From NCBI RefSeq assembly GCF_004010195.1, contig NC_057718.1, positions 17,496,430 to 17,560,429 of the forward strand: a stretch of DNA of 64,000 nt. Reading direction: 5' to 3'. Of the stretch, positions 12,546 to 63,760 are shown one piece after another. The position numbers and the translations under genes were made by a program. Source of the stretch: Chiloscyllium plagiosum. Taxonomy: Eukaryota. The notes beneath the pieces were generated by a model. The model made no database searches and was not told where the DNA came from. It was given only the letters and a program-made list of their open reading frames with translations. Within the stretch, counting starts at the first letter, position 1, and each line of letters begins with the position of its first letter.

Positions 12546-12939
12546 AGCTTAGGGGTTAACTCTTCCCTGATGCATTCCTCATGGCAATCCCAATATGAAT
12601 CAAGTCCACTTGCCAACCTGTCAGCAATCCCTCTTTATGCAGAATAATGCTTGCAATTCTGTCCTGATGAATGCACGCAAAGAATCTTCAGCACCTTGTC
12701 TCTTTTTTTTGCAGAAAAACGAATCACAGTTTCTTTTAAGCATGTGTTTGATGTTATCTCTGGACTTAGACTTTTGGAATCATGGCCATGGTGTTTGCCA
12801 GCTACAGTCAACCTTTTATGAAGCCAAAAAGAATTTTGCTTTTTTACCAAATATTGCATTTGGACTGAAATTAAGACATGAAGAACAGTTAATGTGCAAT
12901 TGTGTTATGTGTGGTTCAATAGGTAGTTTTGCATGAAAG

Positions 12940-13330
12940 GGTTGGAGTTGCAGTTTGCACTCTGGAGAAACGAGTGAAAAATCTAGGCCACATGCCAGTG
13001 TTGTATGGACGTAATGCTGCACTATCAAAGGTACTTCCTTTCAGATGAAAGGATGCAGCAAGGCTCACCTGCTCTTTCTGGTGGACAGATGAGACAATGG
13101 CATTAATTTTGAAAATGAGCAAGGAGTTTTTTCCTGATAATTTGGCCAATATTTATTCTTCAGCCAACATGACTAAGATAGATCATCTGATTGTCGCAAC
13201 CTTCTGTTTAAGACCTTAATGTGCATAGACAACTAGCTATCATGTTTCCTGTATTGTAGCAATGACTGCACATTCAGTTGTAGTACTTAAGCTGTGTGAA
13301 GGCCTATCCTGGAGTTGAGAAAGGCAATTG
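12940..13330 (+). mobile_element. Deu-domain SINE (SacSINE1/AmnSINE-like), old copy
   Basis: gctgcactatcaaaggt...ctttcagatga...gagcaaggagtt...tggccaatatttattcttcagccaaca; a second remnant at about 24450-24720 on the - strand. Confidence 0.55.
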
Positions 13331-14807
13331 GTTTTGATTCTTCTGGACTAGTGAGAAGAATCTGAGAACCAACTTGCTGATTGTCGGTGACAGTTGTCGA
13401 AAAGTACATTTTAAATGAGAATACTTGGTTGTGATGCTCTGAATGACTCAATAACCTAAAAACATTCATTGTATAGGTACATCCACTACTTGACTACTTT
13501 TGATGGGCTATTAGTGCCAGTTGAATTACTATCCAACATTCATTGTCAAGTTCAAGAGAATGGAAGGGATGTATAATTGTGTACGCAGGCAACAGTGTTG
13601 ATCTAAACACTGGATCCCAACCAGTTCTCTCTCCCTCCTGAAGAATAAGTGCAAGGTTAACAGCATAGGGAGGACTTCTCTCCAGCTGTTCTACAATCTG
13701 TTCTGGTTGTCACATTTGCCTTGGTGATCAGTAGTTGTGTTACCCACACATGTTGTTTTCATCATTAAACCAAAATCTATTTTGAAGTATTTTGTCAAAT
13801 TAAATTTATTCCATACACCACTGAGACTTGTGCACTTGATTACTGAGAACACAGATTATTGATAACACATTTGTGCAATCCTTTGATTATTAATAACTTT
13901 TTAAAACAGTTATAATATGGTGAATAAAATTAGGCCAAATTTATGTATGTTGACAGAAGACAAGAAAAGTGAGGAAGAACCATCCTGTGGAATTGAAAAT
14001 ACATCAGGAAAACTTAAAAGAAGATTTCCTGATTTTGGGTATGATTTCAGTTGCTTATGAGAATTTATTTGTAAGCTTATCATTTTATTTATTTAGTAAT
14101 GGATGCCATTAATATTACCTTGTCCCAGGTGACATTTCAACCACAGAATATTTTGTTAATTCAGAGCATAAGTTTGTTTCTCCATATTGATTTAGTGACC
14201 AAAAAAGCATTGCGCATATCTGTCTTATCCATTTGCCTCAGTACTAGGACTTTAATTCACATCTTTATTCCTTTTCCAACACCCAAATTGTTGTCCACTG
14301 CATATTAATTCTCCTCAAGCTTTAACTTGCTGTTTAATTCTCACCTGTGCATTCATTGTCCATTTTATTTTTAAGTTCCCTTATCCTATCTGTTAATTTT
14401 AAAACTTTTGACTTTGTCAACTTTATGGAGGTGCCTTAGATCCCATTCCTGATCACTTTCCAAAACCTCCAATGAAATTGTGTCTCTGTGTGTGGCCTGA
14501 AAGCAGACTCAGTATTATTTGTGCTCAATTCCACAGTTAAATAATTAATTGCCTGCCTGTATTCACAGTTGGCTCTCATCATATGTGTTTAATCACTGGC
14601 GTCTGACCTTTCAAAAAAAATTTGTTGAAGTCTGGCTTCACCATTAAATGAATATATTAAGGTTATTATATTCAATCCAAATAAAAGGTCTAAATTACAT
14701 ACTGATAGCTTGATATTTAAGCTAGGTGTCCTGAGTCTGAAAACTAGTTAAAACTTGCTGAACTGTCTGAGGTATTGGATTTTAGAAAGAAAATGGTGAT
14801 GTGTCAC

Positions 14808-15375
14808 CTGGTAAAGCCTTTGACAAGGTTCCGCATTGTAAACTAATTAGTAAAGTTAGATCACATGGGATTCAGGCTGAGCTTGCCAATTGGATACAAA
14901 ATTGGCTTAATGGCAGGAAACGAAGATGGAGGGTTGCTTTACCAGGATGTTGTTGGGAATGGAGGATTTTAAGTTACAAGGCGAGGCTGGATAGCCTGGG
15001 ACTTTCTTCACTGGAGCGTAGGAAGTTTAGAGATGACCTTATAGAAGTTCATAAGATAATGAGGGTGCAGGTAAGGTGAATGGCAGATGTCTTTTCCCTA
15101 GGTTGGGAGATTTCAAGGAGAAAGATACAAAAGGGATACGAGCGGCAACTTTTTTACACAGTGGTGTTTGTATAGAATGAACTTTCAGAGGAAGTGGTGG
15201 ATGCAAGTATTGTTAGAATGTTTAAAAGACATTTGGATAAGTACATGAATAAGAAATGTTTGAAAGGATACGGTCCAAGCGCAGGCAGGTGGAACTAGTT
15301 TAATTTGGGATTATAGTCAGCATGAACTAGTTGGACCAAAGCGTCTGTTTCCATGCTGTATGACTCTCTAACTCT
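14808..15375 (+). mobile_element. CR1/HER1 LINE fragment with internal deletion
   Basis: KAFDKVPH..LISKVRSHGI...WIQNWL joined to LGL.SLERR..RDDLIEV and the 3' tail. Confidence 0.85.
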
Positions 15376-15637
15376 GTGGTCCACGTTCACATTAAGTAAT
15401 ATTGCTAGAGGCATGAGTAGAAGTAACTGCTCACAGTGATTGAGAACCATATTGTCACTCAATCACTTGTGGGGTCTTTAGTGTGTGCTGGCTCCCTGAG
15501 AATTGCACCACTAAATATGACTGACTTAAAACTATAGTCCCACCGTTTTCATCCGTGATCCAACTGAGCAAATAGCTACATGAAGAGGCTCTTGTGGTGA
15601 ACTGGCAATGGCCCTATCTCTGAGTCAAGTCAGCTAT

Positions 15638-15895
15638 TACGATGGGGCATAGCTTTAAATTAAGGGGTAGTAGATATAGGACAGATGTTAGGGGTAGGTT
15701 CTTTACTCAGCGAGTCGTGAGTTCATGGAATGCCCTGCCAGTAGCAGTGGTGGACTCTCCCTCTTTATGGGCATTTAAACGGGCATTGGATAGGCATATG
15801 GAGGATAGTGGGCTAGTGTAGGTTAGGTGGGCTTGGATCGGCGCAACATCGAGGGCCAAAGGGCCTGTACTGCGCTGTATTTTTCTATGTTCTAT
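15638..15895 (+). mobile_element. CR1 LINE 3' end, young
   Basis: FFTQRVVSSWNALP motif; tail gggcctgtactgcgctgtat...ttctatgttctat. Confidence 0.85.
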
Positions 15896-16166
15896 TCTCG
15901 TGGTTCTTAGTGATACAGCTTATAAATCCAATTCAAAAACTGAGCTTGTATCAACTTACATCAAAGTATCAGTCATTTGGTCTGTCGTGATTGTTGCTGG
16001 CTGTTTGAAAGCGTTAACCAAATAGTCTTAGATCCTTGCCCAGATCCCTTCAAATATAGGATGTGCAAAGTTTCAAAAAATTGTATGCTTTTTTTTAAAC
16101 GTACTGATCATTCTTCTCCCCCATCCACGCAAGGTTGAAGCTGAGCTATCAGGGTTAATAATTTGT

Positions 16167-16172
16167 TTTAAT
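16167..16172 (-). promoter_or_regulatory. Candidate RIOX1 polyadenylation signal (ATTAAA)
   Basis: ATTAAA on the - strand about 430 nt after the stop codon, in unique AT-rich sequence. Confidence 0.3.
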
Positions 16173-16603
16173 AGTTATTTTTTCAGAGCACTGTCACCCC
16201 CCTCACATTGTGGTATTAACTATAAAAGCTATAACTTAAATCCTCATCTGCATGTTGAGCATTTAACTAAATCTAAATGTTTTGCTATACATGCACTTAG
16301 AAAATTTGGCAACGTACACAGAATGCTTCAGGGTAGGGTAAAGACACAAATCATTGAATACACAGCCATTACAGTTAACAAGGCATTCATTCCTCAGTAT
16401 GATCTTGGTTCATCTTTTGATACAAGTATCCAGTTATTACCTTAAAAAAGGGGCAACTTTTAAGACTAGCCAGAATGAAAAAAAACTATTTAAATCAAAT
16501 CTAAATTAAATGTATTTTGTACAGTGAACAATTATATGCTAATTTGTAATAGATTATAATTGGATATGAAACTCTTTTGAAACGTCCATCTCCTACTAAA
16601 AGA

Positions 16604-54429
<37,826 letters not shown>

Positions 54430-54513
54430 CTAAGAGTTGGAAACCACATTTTCAATATCTAGTTAATGGTGTATTTTCGCCCTAGAAACACTACACGTTT
54501 TAACATATTCCAC

Positions 54514-54561
54514 CTGTTGAAAGCCACACATTTCGTGGGCCATTTCTCTTCCATCACAAGC
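54514..54561 (-). CDS. Candidate upstream RIOX1 exon
   Basis: caaaag|ACDGREMAHEMCGFQQ|gtggaa; 48 nt, phase 0/0, 84-nt intron to the next exon; no homology support. Confidence 0.35.
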
Positions 54562-54625
54562 CTTTTGTTTTAAGAAATGAAGATGTCATTTTGTTGCTCA
54601 TTATGACAAGGAATGCTGATGCTGA

Positions 54626-54948
54626 AGATTAGATTAGATTCCCTACCGTGTGGAAACAGGCCATTTGGCCCAACAAGTCCACACCAACCTTCTGCAGAGT
54701 AACCCACCCAGACCCATTCCTGTACCCTTTATTTACCTCTGACAAATACACCTGACAATATGGGCAATTTAGCATGGCCAATTTAGCTGACCTACACACC
54801 TTTGGATTGTAGGAGGAAACCAGAGCACTCGGAAGAAACCCACACGGGAGAATATGCAAACTCCACACAAACAGTCGCCCGAGGCTAGAATCGAACCTGG
54901 GTCCCTGGTGCTATAAGGCAGCAGTGCTAACCACTGAGCCACTGTGCT
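54626..54948 (-). mobile_element. HE1-like V-SINE
   Basis: Reverse complement of the V-SINE. Confidence 0.88.
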
Positions 54949-55579
54949 GAAAAATTAAATACATAAGGGAGCAAAGTGTTCACACCTTTGCCCATCAACA
55001 CCTAACTGTAATTTAGGAGAGCACTCATAACTGTTAAAATGACTTATGAAGCAAATGCAAATATTTCACATTCTTACAATCACCTCAACAGATTTACTGT
55101 CAAACAACAGTCTACCAATGCATAACTATCAGAAAATAATGCTAAACTGCTCAATGGTTATATCAGGTGGACATTTGACATGCTCACCAGGATAAATTTT
55201 GAACACAGATGGTAGAGTGTAGGCTCCAGAGATAATGCTCCACCCTATTCCTACCTACACTAACATTAAAATGTCATTTTAGAAACGCATAATTAGTTTG
55301 TACTTTTGCATTACAGCTCCATAAATACTTTTCTGCGAGTCAGGCCAACCACATTTTGTGTCTAATTTGGTATGAGCCAATGATTCATATTTGACGTAGC
55401 TGTGATTCATTTGCTTATTTGTTTATTTTAAAAATGACGGCCAATCAAAGCAGAAAAACTGTTCAAGCAAGATCTAGATCAGGCTTGGAGGTTAAGGCAG
55501 TCACATTGATTTCTAACTGCTCTACACAATGGCTTGTCACCCAGCTTGAAAGCAATGGAGTAACAATGTTTTCTCTCAT

Positions 55580-56080
55580 ATTGTTACATCTGGAGTCCAA
55601 AAGAAATCTACTCTGGGCTCCATCTCATTTACTTGCTGCCCTTCAACATTATCAAATACACTCAGATTCTACTCTAATGCTGACAATAGGCTGTTCTACT
55701 TCACCACTGCCTTTCTCAAACTTGCCAATGCCTCAATTGGTCATCTTGTCTGTTCAACATCTTGTTTCACATGAGCAGAAATTAATTTTCCAATTAAACA
55801 TTTTGAAAACTGAAGCCTGTGTCTTCAACTCCACACTGTTATCACCAATTCCGTCCTACTCCAGCTGTCAGCATCTGAGGCTAAACAACTAGATTGCTCG
55901 CAACTCTGGTATCCTATCTGACCCCAAGCTGAACTTCCACCTCTGTACTCATCATCAAGACCTGTGATTTTCAACTGTGGCAATATTCCTCATCTGCACC
56001 CCAACTTAATTCCATCTGCTGTGGAAACTTCCACTGATGTCTCCATACTCAATTATTCTCATTCTCTTCTAAGCAGGGTA
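55580..56080 (+). mobile_element. Old L2-like LINE fragment
   Basis: FQLNILKTEA..RNSGILSDPKLNF, a decayed LNxxKTE..RNLGVxxD. Confidence 0.5.
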
Positions 56081-56794
56081 CCTGAAAGGTGTTTACTCAA
56101 AGATAATAATGAATGTGCCCGTATAAAACATCACCTTCCAAGAAAATGCAGTGAAATTGGAAACTGAGTAGCTATTCAACTTACATTTCAACACCAAGTA
56201 TCACAAACAAGCAACTTTGGAAACTGTTTTACGAGATGGAGAAGAAAATAGATTCTGAGAAAGAGGAGGGAACAGAGTGCAGGAAAACAGACTAAATATA
56301 CGATTGAGAACTTTTTTAAAAATGAGACATTTTAGATGGAGGAAACAATACAGTTGGGGAAATTAGTTCAGAGGGTAAGGGCATAACAGCTGGCAGCTTC
56401 AGTACTACTAATGGAAATAATAGGAAATAGCAGCCATATCCAGGAATATATCGCTAGCATATCTCATTGATTTAGGGTGGAACAAGACACTGGGGATGTC
56501 TGAAATACAAGATTATATTGAAATCAACTGTGGCATTGGATATAAAAGGATTTTTGCAGGGCCAAAGTTATGAGTATGGGGTATGGTTTACGTTGACTAA
56601 TATCATGTTTGAAGGTAGACACCAACATTAAGGCTATATTATCAACTTGAGGTGGAGTGTCTCTAAAGGCAACTGTGTAAGAGACAGAAGTAGAGGCAGT
56701 TCCTTCTACTGGGAATTAAAGCTAGTTTTTTTCGATCACAGAACTGCTGCTGTCACAGTCAAATGTGAACAAGAACTTGGATGTGGATTGCAGA

Positions 56795-56929
56795 TTCTAG
56801 ATTAGAGTGGTGCTGGAAAAGCACAGCAGTTCAGGCTGCTCCTCGGATGCTGCCTAAACTGCTGTGCTTTTCCAGCACCACTCTAATCTAGAATTTGGTT
56901 TCCAGTATCTGCAGTCCTTGTTTTTACCC
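56795..56929. mobile_element. Foldback PLE-derived insertion with 13-bp TSD
   Basis: Inverted arms ttctagattagagtggtgctggaaaagcacagcag; TSD tgtggattgcaga at 56782-56794 and 56930-56942. Confidence 0.85.
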
Positions 56930-58256
56930 TGTGGATTGCAGAGGAGTATGACAGGACATGATGTTCATTGGTATCAGAGCCAATGAAGAGGTGACTAAGG
57001 AGAAGCAGGTACGGTTGCAGTCTAACAGTATTACAAATTGTCACTATAAATCAATCATTAATAAGTGATCGTCTCATACCTACTCAATAGCTTTAACCAT
57101 ATAAACACTTTCTTAAGAGCACTGACATTGAAAAATTAAAGGAAATAGACAATAGAATACACTTTTTTGATTCAAAGCCCAAGATGGTTACGAGATAGAC
57201 CAATTCTCTGCGATTCTTCTGATTGTATGTCAGTGTATATTGTAAAGTATGAGAGGAAAAAGACTGAGCCTAATCTACCCTCAAAAAGTATGATTTTTAT
57301 CTTGCCTATATTGCACCATTTTGTGAGATTCATGGTGCCTTTATCAGCACAAACTTATAAACAGTAGCAAGTACTTTAATCAGCATTTGAAACTCTCAGG
57401 CTGTCAAGCTTTCAGCTTGTGTCTCTAGAATATAAGCATAAGAGCATAAAATGAAGCAGCACAGGAGACTGCCATTTGCTCTATCATTCCTGTGTTAGGT
57501 TTTTGATAGATTTATCCAACTAGTTCCATTCCTTGGCTCTTTTCCCATTGCACAATACATTTTCCCATCCAAGTATTTATCCAAATTGCCTTTAATTGTT
57601 ACTACTGAATCTGCTTCCATCACCCTTTCAGGGACTCTATCAACAAGTGGAGCAAATCCAAACAAATCTCAAGTCTCTCACCATGCATAATAAATTTAGT
57701 ATCTGAAGGATTCAGTGTGACAAGTGACTATGGTAAACTGTCAGGAAATGTATTAAGGAGATCTTGTGATTACTCAATAAATAAATTCACTGTGCAATGA
57801 ACTGCGCAAACTGGAATATTACTTGGTCAATCTGAGGTCAGTGGCGTGTTAGCTGATTAACGCTCAAAGAAGTGATAGGGGCAATATAAATGGCTATGAC
57901 ACTCTTGGATTAAACATGGCTACTCAGTCAAATAAATGGAGAAATGAGTTTAATGAAACTGCACTGTCATTCAAAAACCTTACAAAATGTCTTGGATTTG
58001 GGATGGGGGGACAGGGGGATTGTGTATGTGAGACAGACAGCAGACAAAGAAAACAGGAAGTCCTTCTTGGATTTCACTGTCCCAACACCTCACAGGAAAA
58101 AAGCGCCATATAGCACTAAATTTTGACTGTTCGTTTCAAGGAAACCACACAATTTTGTCTTAGAGTCACAGTCATAGAGATGTACAGCACGGGTCTTGAC
58201 TGCAAAACCCAGAGTCCACAAGAGACAATGAGCCCCAAAGTTTTAAGAAACCTCAC

Positions 58257-58303
58257 CTCAGTCATTGCTTCGTTCCTTTCCATTTTCTTCCCCCAATCGA
58301 GAC
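58257..58303 (-). CDS. Candidate upstream RIOX1 exon
   Basis: tcctag|(G)LDWGKKMERNEAMTE|gtgagg; phase 1/0; no homology support. Confidence 0.35.
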
Positions 58304-59324
58304 CTAGGATTATTTACATTCACCTTCAAAATTTTACGTTAATTAGCTAGTGAGGTTAATGCGCTGATTAAAATATTTATCTTCATGTGAATAATGATGA
58401 TGGTCTGTACTTATAGAATGGGTGTGGCATCTGGGCAGCGTAATGCCAACAACCCGATGGAACTACTTCAATTGTCACTGAATTGATCACATTCTTAGGC
58501 TCCACTCTCCTGTCATTGTTACTCTGCAATAAAATTCCATTTATGAGAGCTCAACAATTCTACCAACATTAAAATGTTGCAATAAGCAACAAATAAAAGA
58601 AACAAATCAAAAACAATCCACTCAAAGCACTTGCAGATTTCATACCCATAATTCCAAACACTACAAATCTGCAACTCCTGGCAACAAAATGTTACCATGC
58701 CAACATCACAATCAAATTAAAGCATGCACAAATAATGGCTAAAGACCCACAATGTACACATTTATTAGCCCATCAAAATGAAACAAATTTCAAGTTATTT
58801 AGAGGGAGTTGACGCCCAATGTAAGTTTTCAAAAAGAATTACAAATTGTTCATACTTTAGATATGTGTAAATTAGTGCTCTTTTACTTCGCCCTACTGAA
58901 TTTTTTCAGCAATTGCATTCTGCTTCTTAGTAATAACTATGCTTTCCAAGACTTCTGTAAGGAATTCATCAGGCAACTTCTCCGACTGTTTCTACAACTT
59001 GAATTTGGCTAAGGATAGTCAGTCTACTGAATGCAACCATGTGTGGGCTGATGACCATGCTTTGGATTGCACACTACAACTGGCACAATTGTTTTTATTT
59101 TCTAATAGATTTATGGATTTACTGAATACATACTTGCAAATTACAGCCCCTGTGCACTAATAATCTGCCAAAATATATATAAAATCCAAGCTCGCTTAAA
59201 ATTGAAAATCTATGATAAATGAAAAATATACATCAATATTAAATGTTCAAGCTGCCTGTCATACAAAATTTCACCTATCTCACCCCACTATATGGACTAA
59301 ATCCTAATCACATATTTTGAATGT

Positions 59325-59885
59325 AGAAACATTGAAAATAGGAACACAGGCCATTAAATCCTGCGCCACTTAGTCCACAGCTGGTCATCCAACTCGTATA
59401 CTGTTCCTGCTTTCTGCCAATACCTAGTGCTCCCTATAGCCCTAAGAATTATATTTATCTCCTTGAAACATTCAGTTTTCTGTCCTCAACTGCTTTCTGT
59501 GGCAGAAATTCCACAGGCGCATCACTCTTTGGGTGATGACATTTTGGTTGATCTCCGTCTTAAATGGCATACCCCATATTCTTAAATTATGACCTCGTGT
59601 CCCTCCAGTCATTGAGAACATTCTTCCTGAGTTTCTCTCTCTGTTCCTGTTTGAACTTTATAGGTTTCTGAAATTCCCTCCTCATTCTTCCAAACTTCAG
59701 TGAATGTAGTCTTAATTGATGGGGGGTGCGGCTGTCTCTTTATCCTGTCACCCCAGGAATCAGTCCGGTAAACTTGTGTTGCACTGTCTCTGTAGCCAGA
59801 ACATTCATCCTCTGATTAGGAGACCAAAGGTACATTTAATGCTCCAAGTGTGGTCTCAGCAATGCCTTGTACGATTATAACAAGA
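59325..59885 (-). mobile_element. CR1 LINE 3' fragment
   Basis: Reverse-strand LLRPHLEH...VMRLWNF-type motifs. Confidence 0.7.
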
Positions 59886-59934
59886 ATATTCTAACTTCAC
59901 AAAACAAAAGCAAATAGATATGCTGGTGATAGAG

Positions 59935-60290
59935 AAATTGGAAGAATGGAATGGAATGCTCTAGATATGTGAATTTGTAGTTGAGACGTGTGGATATTGG
60001 TAGTTTTATGGTGAATATTAATTGATAATATATCCTCGAAATAGAGTGAAAGAAGTCAAGGAAAGGTAGAATCGAAGGTGGACTGTCTTGAAGCTGGGAA
60101 AAATGTGGAAATTGGAAGGGAAGTTAATGGCAGTTTTTAATTTTGGTGGGGATCGGGGGAGGAACACCAAAATGATGATTATTATACCTGGAAAAAAATG
60201 TCGGGGTGGGAGGCCTTAGTAGGACTGAAAGAAAGAATGTTATGTGTCACACAAAAAGGAAGGCAGAGCTAGGACCCATAGGATATCTGT
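59935..60290 (-). mobile_element. Decayed Penelope-like reverse transcriptase fragment
   Basis: The - strand resembles MGPS.A.LF..FQSY..FFRY.DD...HHKTT of PLE RTs, heavily frameshifted. Confidence 0.45.
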
Positions 60291-60291
60291 A

Positions 60292-60640
60292 GCGGCATAG
60301 TGGCACAGTGGTTAGCACTGCTGCCTCACAGCGCCTAGCACTGCTGCCTCACAGTGCCAGAGAGCTGGGTTCAATTCCCGCCTCAGGCGATTGTGTGTGG
60401 AGTTTAGACATTATCCCCGTGTCTGCATGGGTTTCCCCCGGGTTCTCCGGTTTTCTCCCACAGTCCAAAAATGTGCAGGTTAGGTGAATTAGCCACGCTA
60501 AATTGCCCATAGTGTTAGGTGAAGGGGTTAATGTAGGGGAATGGGTCTGGGTGGGTTACGCTTCGGCAGGTCGGTGTGGACTTGTTGGGCTGAAGGGCCT
60601 GTTTCCACACTGTAAGTAATCTAAGTAAACTAATCTAAGT
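60292..60640 (+). mobile_element. HE1-like V-SINE with a 23-bp internal duplication
   Basis: V-SINE consensus; tagcactgctgcctcacag(c/t)gcc occurs twice. Confidence 0.9.
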
Positions 60641-60644
60641 AAAC

Positions 60645-60904
60645 CAGGAGTCACAGTGTAAGGATACGGGGTAAGCCACATAAAACTGAAATGGAGAGAA
60701 ATTTCTTCAGCCAGAGAGTGTGGTGAGCCTGTGGAATTCTCTGCCACAGAAAGCAATTGAGGCCAGAACATAGAATGCTTTCAAGAAGGAGTTAGACATA
60801 GTTCCGAAGGGATCAAAAAGTATGGTAAGAAAGCATGAATAGGGTATGAATTGAATGACCAGCCATGATCAATCTGAAAAGTGAAACGGCGCTCCTATTT
60901 TCTA
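60645..60904 (+). mobile_element. CR1 LINE 3' end
   Basis: NFFSQR..SLWNSLPQKAIEA..FKKELD. Confidence 0.8.
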
Positions 60905-60906
60905 TA

Positions 60907-61065
60907 CAGAGGAATCTCGATTAGCCGGCATACGATTATCCGAATTTCGGATTATCCAAACAAGATTGCAAGATCCCAATGCTTGGCTAAACTGTGTTAT
61001 CTGGCATTCGATTATCCGAACAAAATAGTACCCACCCGTGTCCTTCGGATAATCGAGTTCCTCTG
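60907..61065. mobile_element. Tc1/mariner (pogo/Tigger-like) MITE
   Basis: TA|cagaggaatctcgattagccg ... cggataatcgagttcctctg|TA: terminal inverted repeats with TA duplication and internal cgattatccg repeats. Confidence 0.85.
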
Positions 61066-61234
61066 TATTTCTTGTTAGCACAGAGAGCAGGAGAAACTCA
61101 TCTTACACAGAGATTTAAAGATAGGAACAAAGTTAGCAGCTTAAAGTATGAAGTATAAAATAAAACTGAAGCAGTATGCTAGTTTGACATTCAACGTCAA
61201 CCTAAATTTCTGAAATTAGCCAATTATGATTTAC

Positions 61235-61279
61235 CTCTCAAATACGTCCCCACCTCGAAGGAATACAGATACCAATAAC
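61235..61279 (-). CDS. Candidate upstream RIOX1 exon
   Basis: ttgtag|(G)YWYLYSFEVGTYLR(G)|gtaaat; 45 nt, phase 1/1; no homology support. Confidence 0.25.
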
Positions 61280-61529
61280 CTACAATCAACCAAGATCCTC
61301 AATACAAAGGCAAAACACGTCCAAGTATATTGATTTTCCATCAGAAATGAGAAACAAAATTGATAATCATTTGATAAAACCATACCTCAACTTGTGATTG
61401 ATGAGCTGGCAAAAACAGAACCACATGTAACAAACATTCCCGACGAACTATATAATAAATTGCAAGCATTAGCCTCACACAAAAAAAAATCAATAGACAA
61501 TAGGCATGTAAAAATTGTTGACTTAACTT

Positions 61530-63660
61530 TACACTTTCCCATACTGTATTCCATCTTCCACTTCTTTGCCCACTTTCTTAGCCTGTCCAGTCTTTCTGCA
61601 GCCTCCCCGATTCCTCACGACTATCTGTCCTTTCAACTATCTTTGTGCCATCTACAGTCTACCTGTATATTGAAGTCCCCTAAGGTTATTGTAAAAGTGC
61701 CTTTTTACATATCTTCTCTATCACCTGATTTAATTTCTGCCCCACATCCCGATTGTTCAGAGTCCCATATCTCCCATCAGGGTCTTTCTCCTTGGCAGTT
61801 TCTCAACTCTATCCACACATTCTATATCTTCCAACTCTATTAGTTCTTGCTATCGATTTGATTTAATTTCTTATGAACAAAGCAATACCAACCCCTCTCC
61901 AAACTGCCCACCTCTGTGTCCTTTCATTAGCACGTATATCCTTGGATATTTAGTTTCCAGCCCTGATCTCTTTGCAGCCACGTCTCGGACACTCTCAACA
62001 TCATACCTGCCAATTTTGATCTACTCTACAAGCTCATTTACCTTGTTTCATATACTGCATGCATTCAAGTATAACACCCTCAATCCTGTGTTAACTGTCC
62101 CCCTTCTCACAGTTGTCCCCTCATCTGCTGTGTCTAAATTAGATTCCTGACCCTTTCCATATACACTGTCTTATTTCTTGCTCTGGTAACTTTAATAACC
62201 TCTGCAGAGCCCTCCCCGCCTTTTACTTTTTCCATGCAACTGAATTGCACCTACCCCCACTCATCTATTTAGTATGAAGGCATAGCCACAGCACTAGTTA
62301 TACGATTCGCCAAGACACTGGTCCCCCAGCATGATTCAGGTGGAACCTGTCCCATTGTAACAGTTCTCTCCTTCCCCAGTACTGCTGCCAAGTTCCCTGA
62401 ATTTGAACCAGTTTTTCTGATACCAACCTTTGAGTCTTGTTGACCTGTGCAAATTTGCTCACAGTTCAGGTAGCAATCCCAATACTATTACCTTTTTGAT
62501 TCTGCTTTCTCACTTAGCCTCCAGCTGCTCATATTCTCTCAGCAGAACCTCTTGAGTCGATTTGTTTTATTATCACATGTACCTAAGCACAGTGAAGAGC
62601 TTTGCTTGCGAGCAGTACAGGCAGATCATAGTAAGCAAGGACATACAGATTATAGAGTGAAAGGAACTTGGACTGAGTGAGGCATACACATTACACCATC
62701 CAGCATGAGGCAAGATCAAGATTAATGAGATTGTGAACTTTTTGGTGCAAGTGTTCAAGCTTCTGTGTCTTCTGCTTAATGGAAGAGGTTGGAAGAGAGC
62801 ATTACCAGGGTGGAATGGTCTTTGATTATGTTGGCAGCTTTTCTGTAAATGGAATCCATGGAAGTGTGAATAGAATCCATGGAAGGAACGCTGGCTTCCA
62901 TGATGATCTGGGTTGCGCACACAACTTTCTATGGTCTTTTACGGTCCTGGGCAAAACAGTTACCGTAACAGGTCATTATGCACCCAGATTGTAAGCTGTT
63001 TATGGCACATCTGCAAAGGTTGGTGAGGGCCTTTCCACTTTCTACCGATATCATTGGTATTTACATGGACCACAACAACTGGATCTTTCCCCTCCTACTC
63101 CAATTTCCTCTGCAGCTGGGATGTCCTGAATCCAGGCACCAGCTAGACAGCCTTCCAGATTCTCAATCCTGGCCACAGAGAACCATGTTTATTCCCCTGT
63201 TTTATCCTCGATTACAACTACATTTCTCTTTCATTCTCCCTCTTTAATAGCTCGCTGTACCACAGTGCTATTGTCAGTTTGCTCATTCTCTCTACAGCCC
63301 TCACTCTATCCACATAGGAAGCAAGAACCTTAAACCAGTTAGGCAAACCCAACGGCTGAGGCTCCTTTAGCACCACACCTGGATCTCTCTACCTGCCTCA
63401 CTCAGAGTCATATGCTCCTGTCCCTGACCATTGACCATACTCAAAGTTGTTAATCTTAAGGGGTATGAGTTCCCTCTAACACAGCATCCAGGCAATTCTA
63501 CTCTTCCTGGTGTGTCGTAGTGTTCAAAGCTCAGATTCCAGATCATCAACTTGAGCCAGAGCTTTTCAAGCAACCAACATTTGCTACAGATGTGGTCACT
63601 ATGAACCACAATAGGGTCCACCAGCTCCCACATCATGCATTTATAATACATTACCTGGCG
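61530..63660 (-). mobile_element. CR1 LINE 5' region (ORF1 zinc finger/esterase and ORF2 start), interrupted
   Basis: CMMWELVD...HICSKCWLLEKL ORF1 zinc finger; LYLNACSI.NKVNEL..WLQRDQGWKLNIQGY endonuclease start. Confidence 0.75.
62560..63030 (-). mobile_element. Rex1/Babar LINE 3' end nested in CR1
   Basis: HPGNALFQPLP..RHRSL, and a tail matching 6780-6836. Confidence 0.75.
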
Positions 63661-63753
63661 CCTCTATTTTAGATTACTTCGTTCTTAATTGATTTTTTAA
63701 AAGTTCATACTGGTTTTTTAGTTTGCAGTCTAGAAATATTTCTTCTGACTTAC

Positions 63754-63760
63754 CTTCAAT
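63754..63760 (-). CDS. Candidate 7-nt microexon (ATTGAAG); 18 nt if the upstream AG is used
   Basis: TACTAAT branch-like motif (63785-63791), tttttttcag acceptor and perfect AAG|gtaagt donor. Confidence 0.35.

Noticed and set aside
55419..55892. 157-aa ORF (and similar long ORFs at 12035, 17326, 29170, 61394)
   Set aside because: They overlap decayed LINE/SINE sequence and show no independent gene evidence.
59134..59164. 31-nt candidate exon (ggcag|...|gtatgt) on the - strand
   Set aside because: It is phase-incompatible with the neighbouring candidate exons, gives a stop in the required frame, and has no homology.
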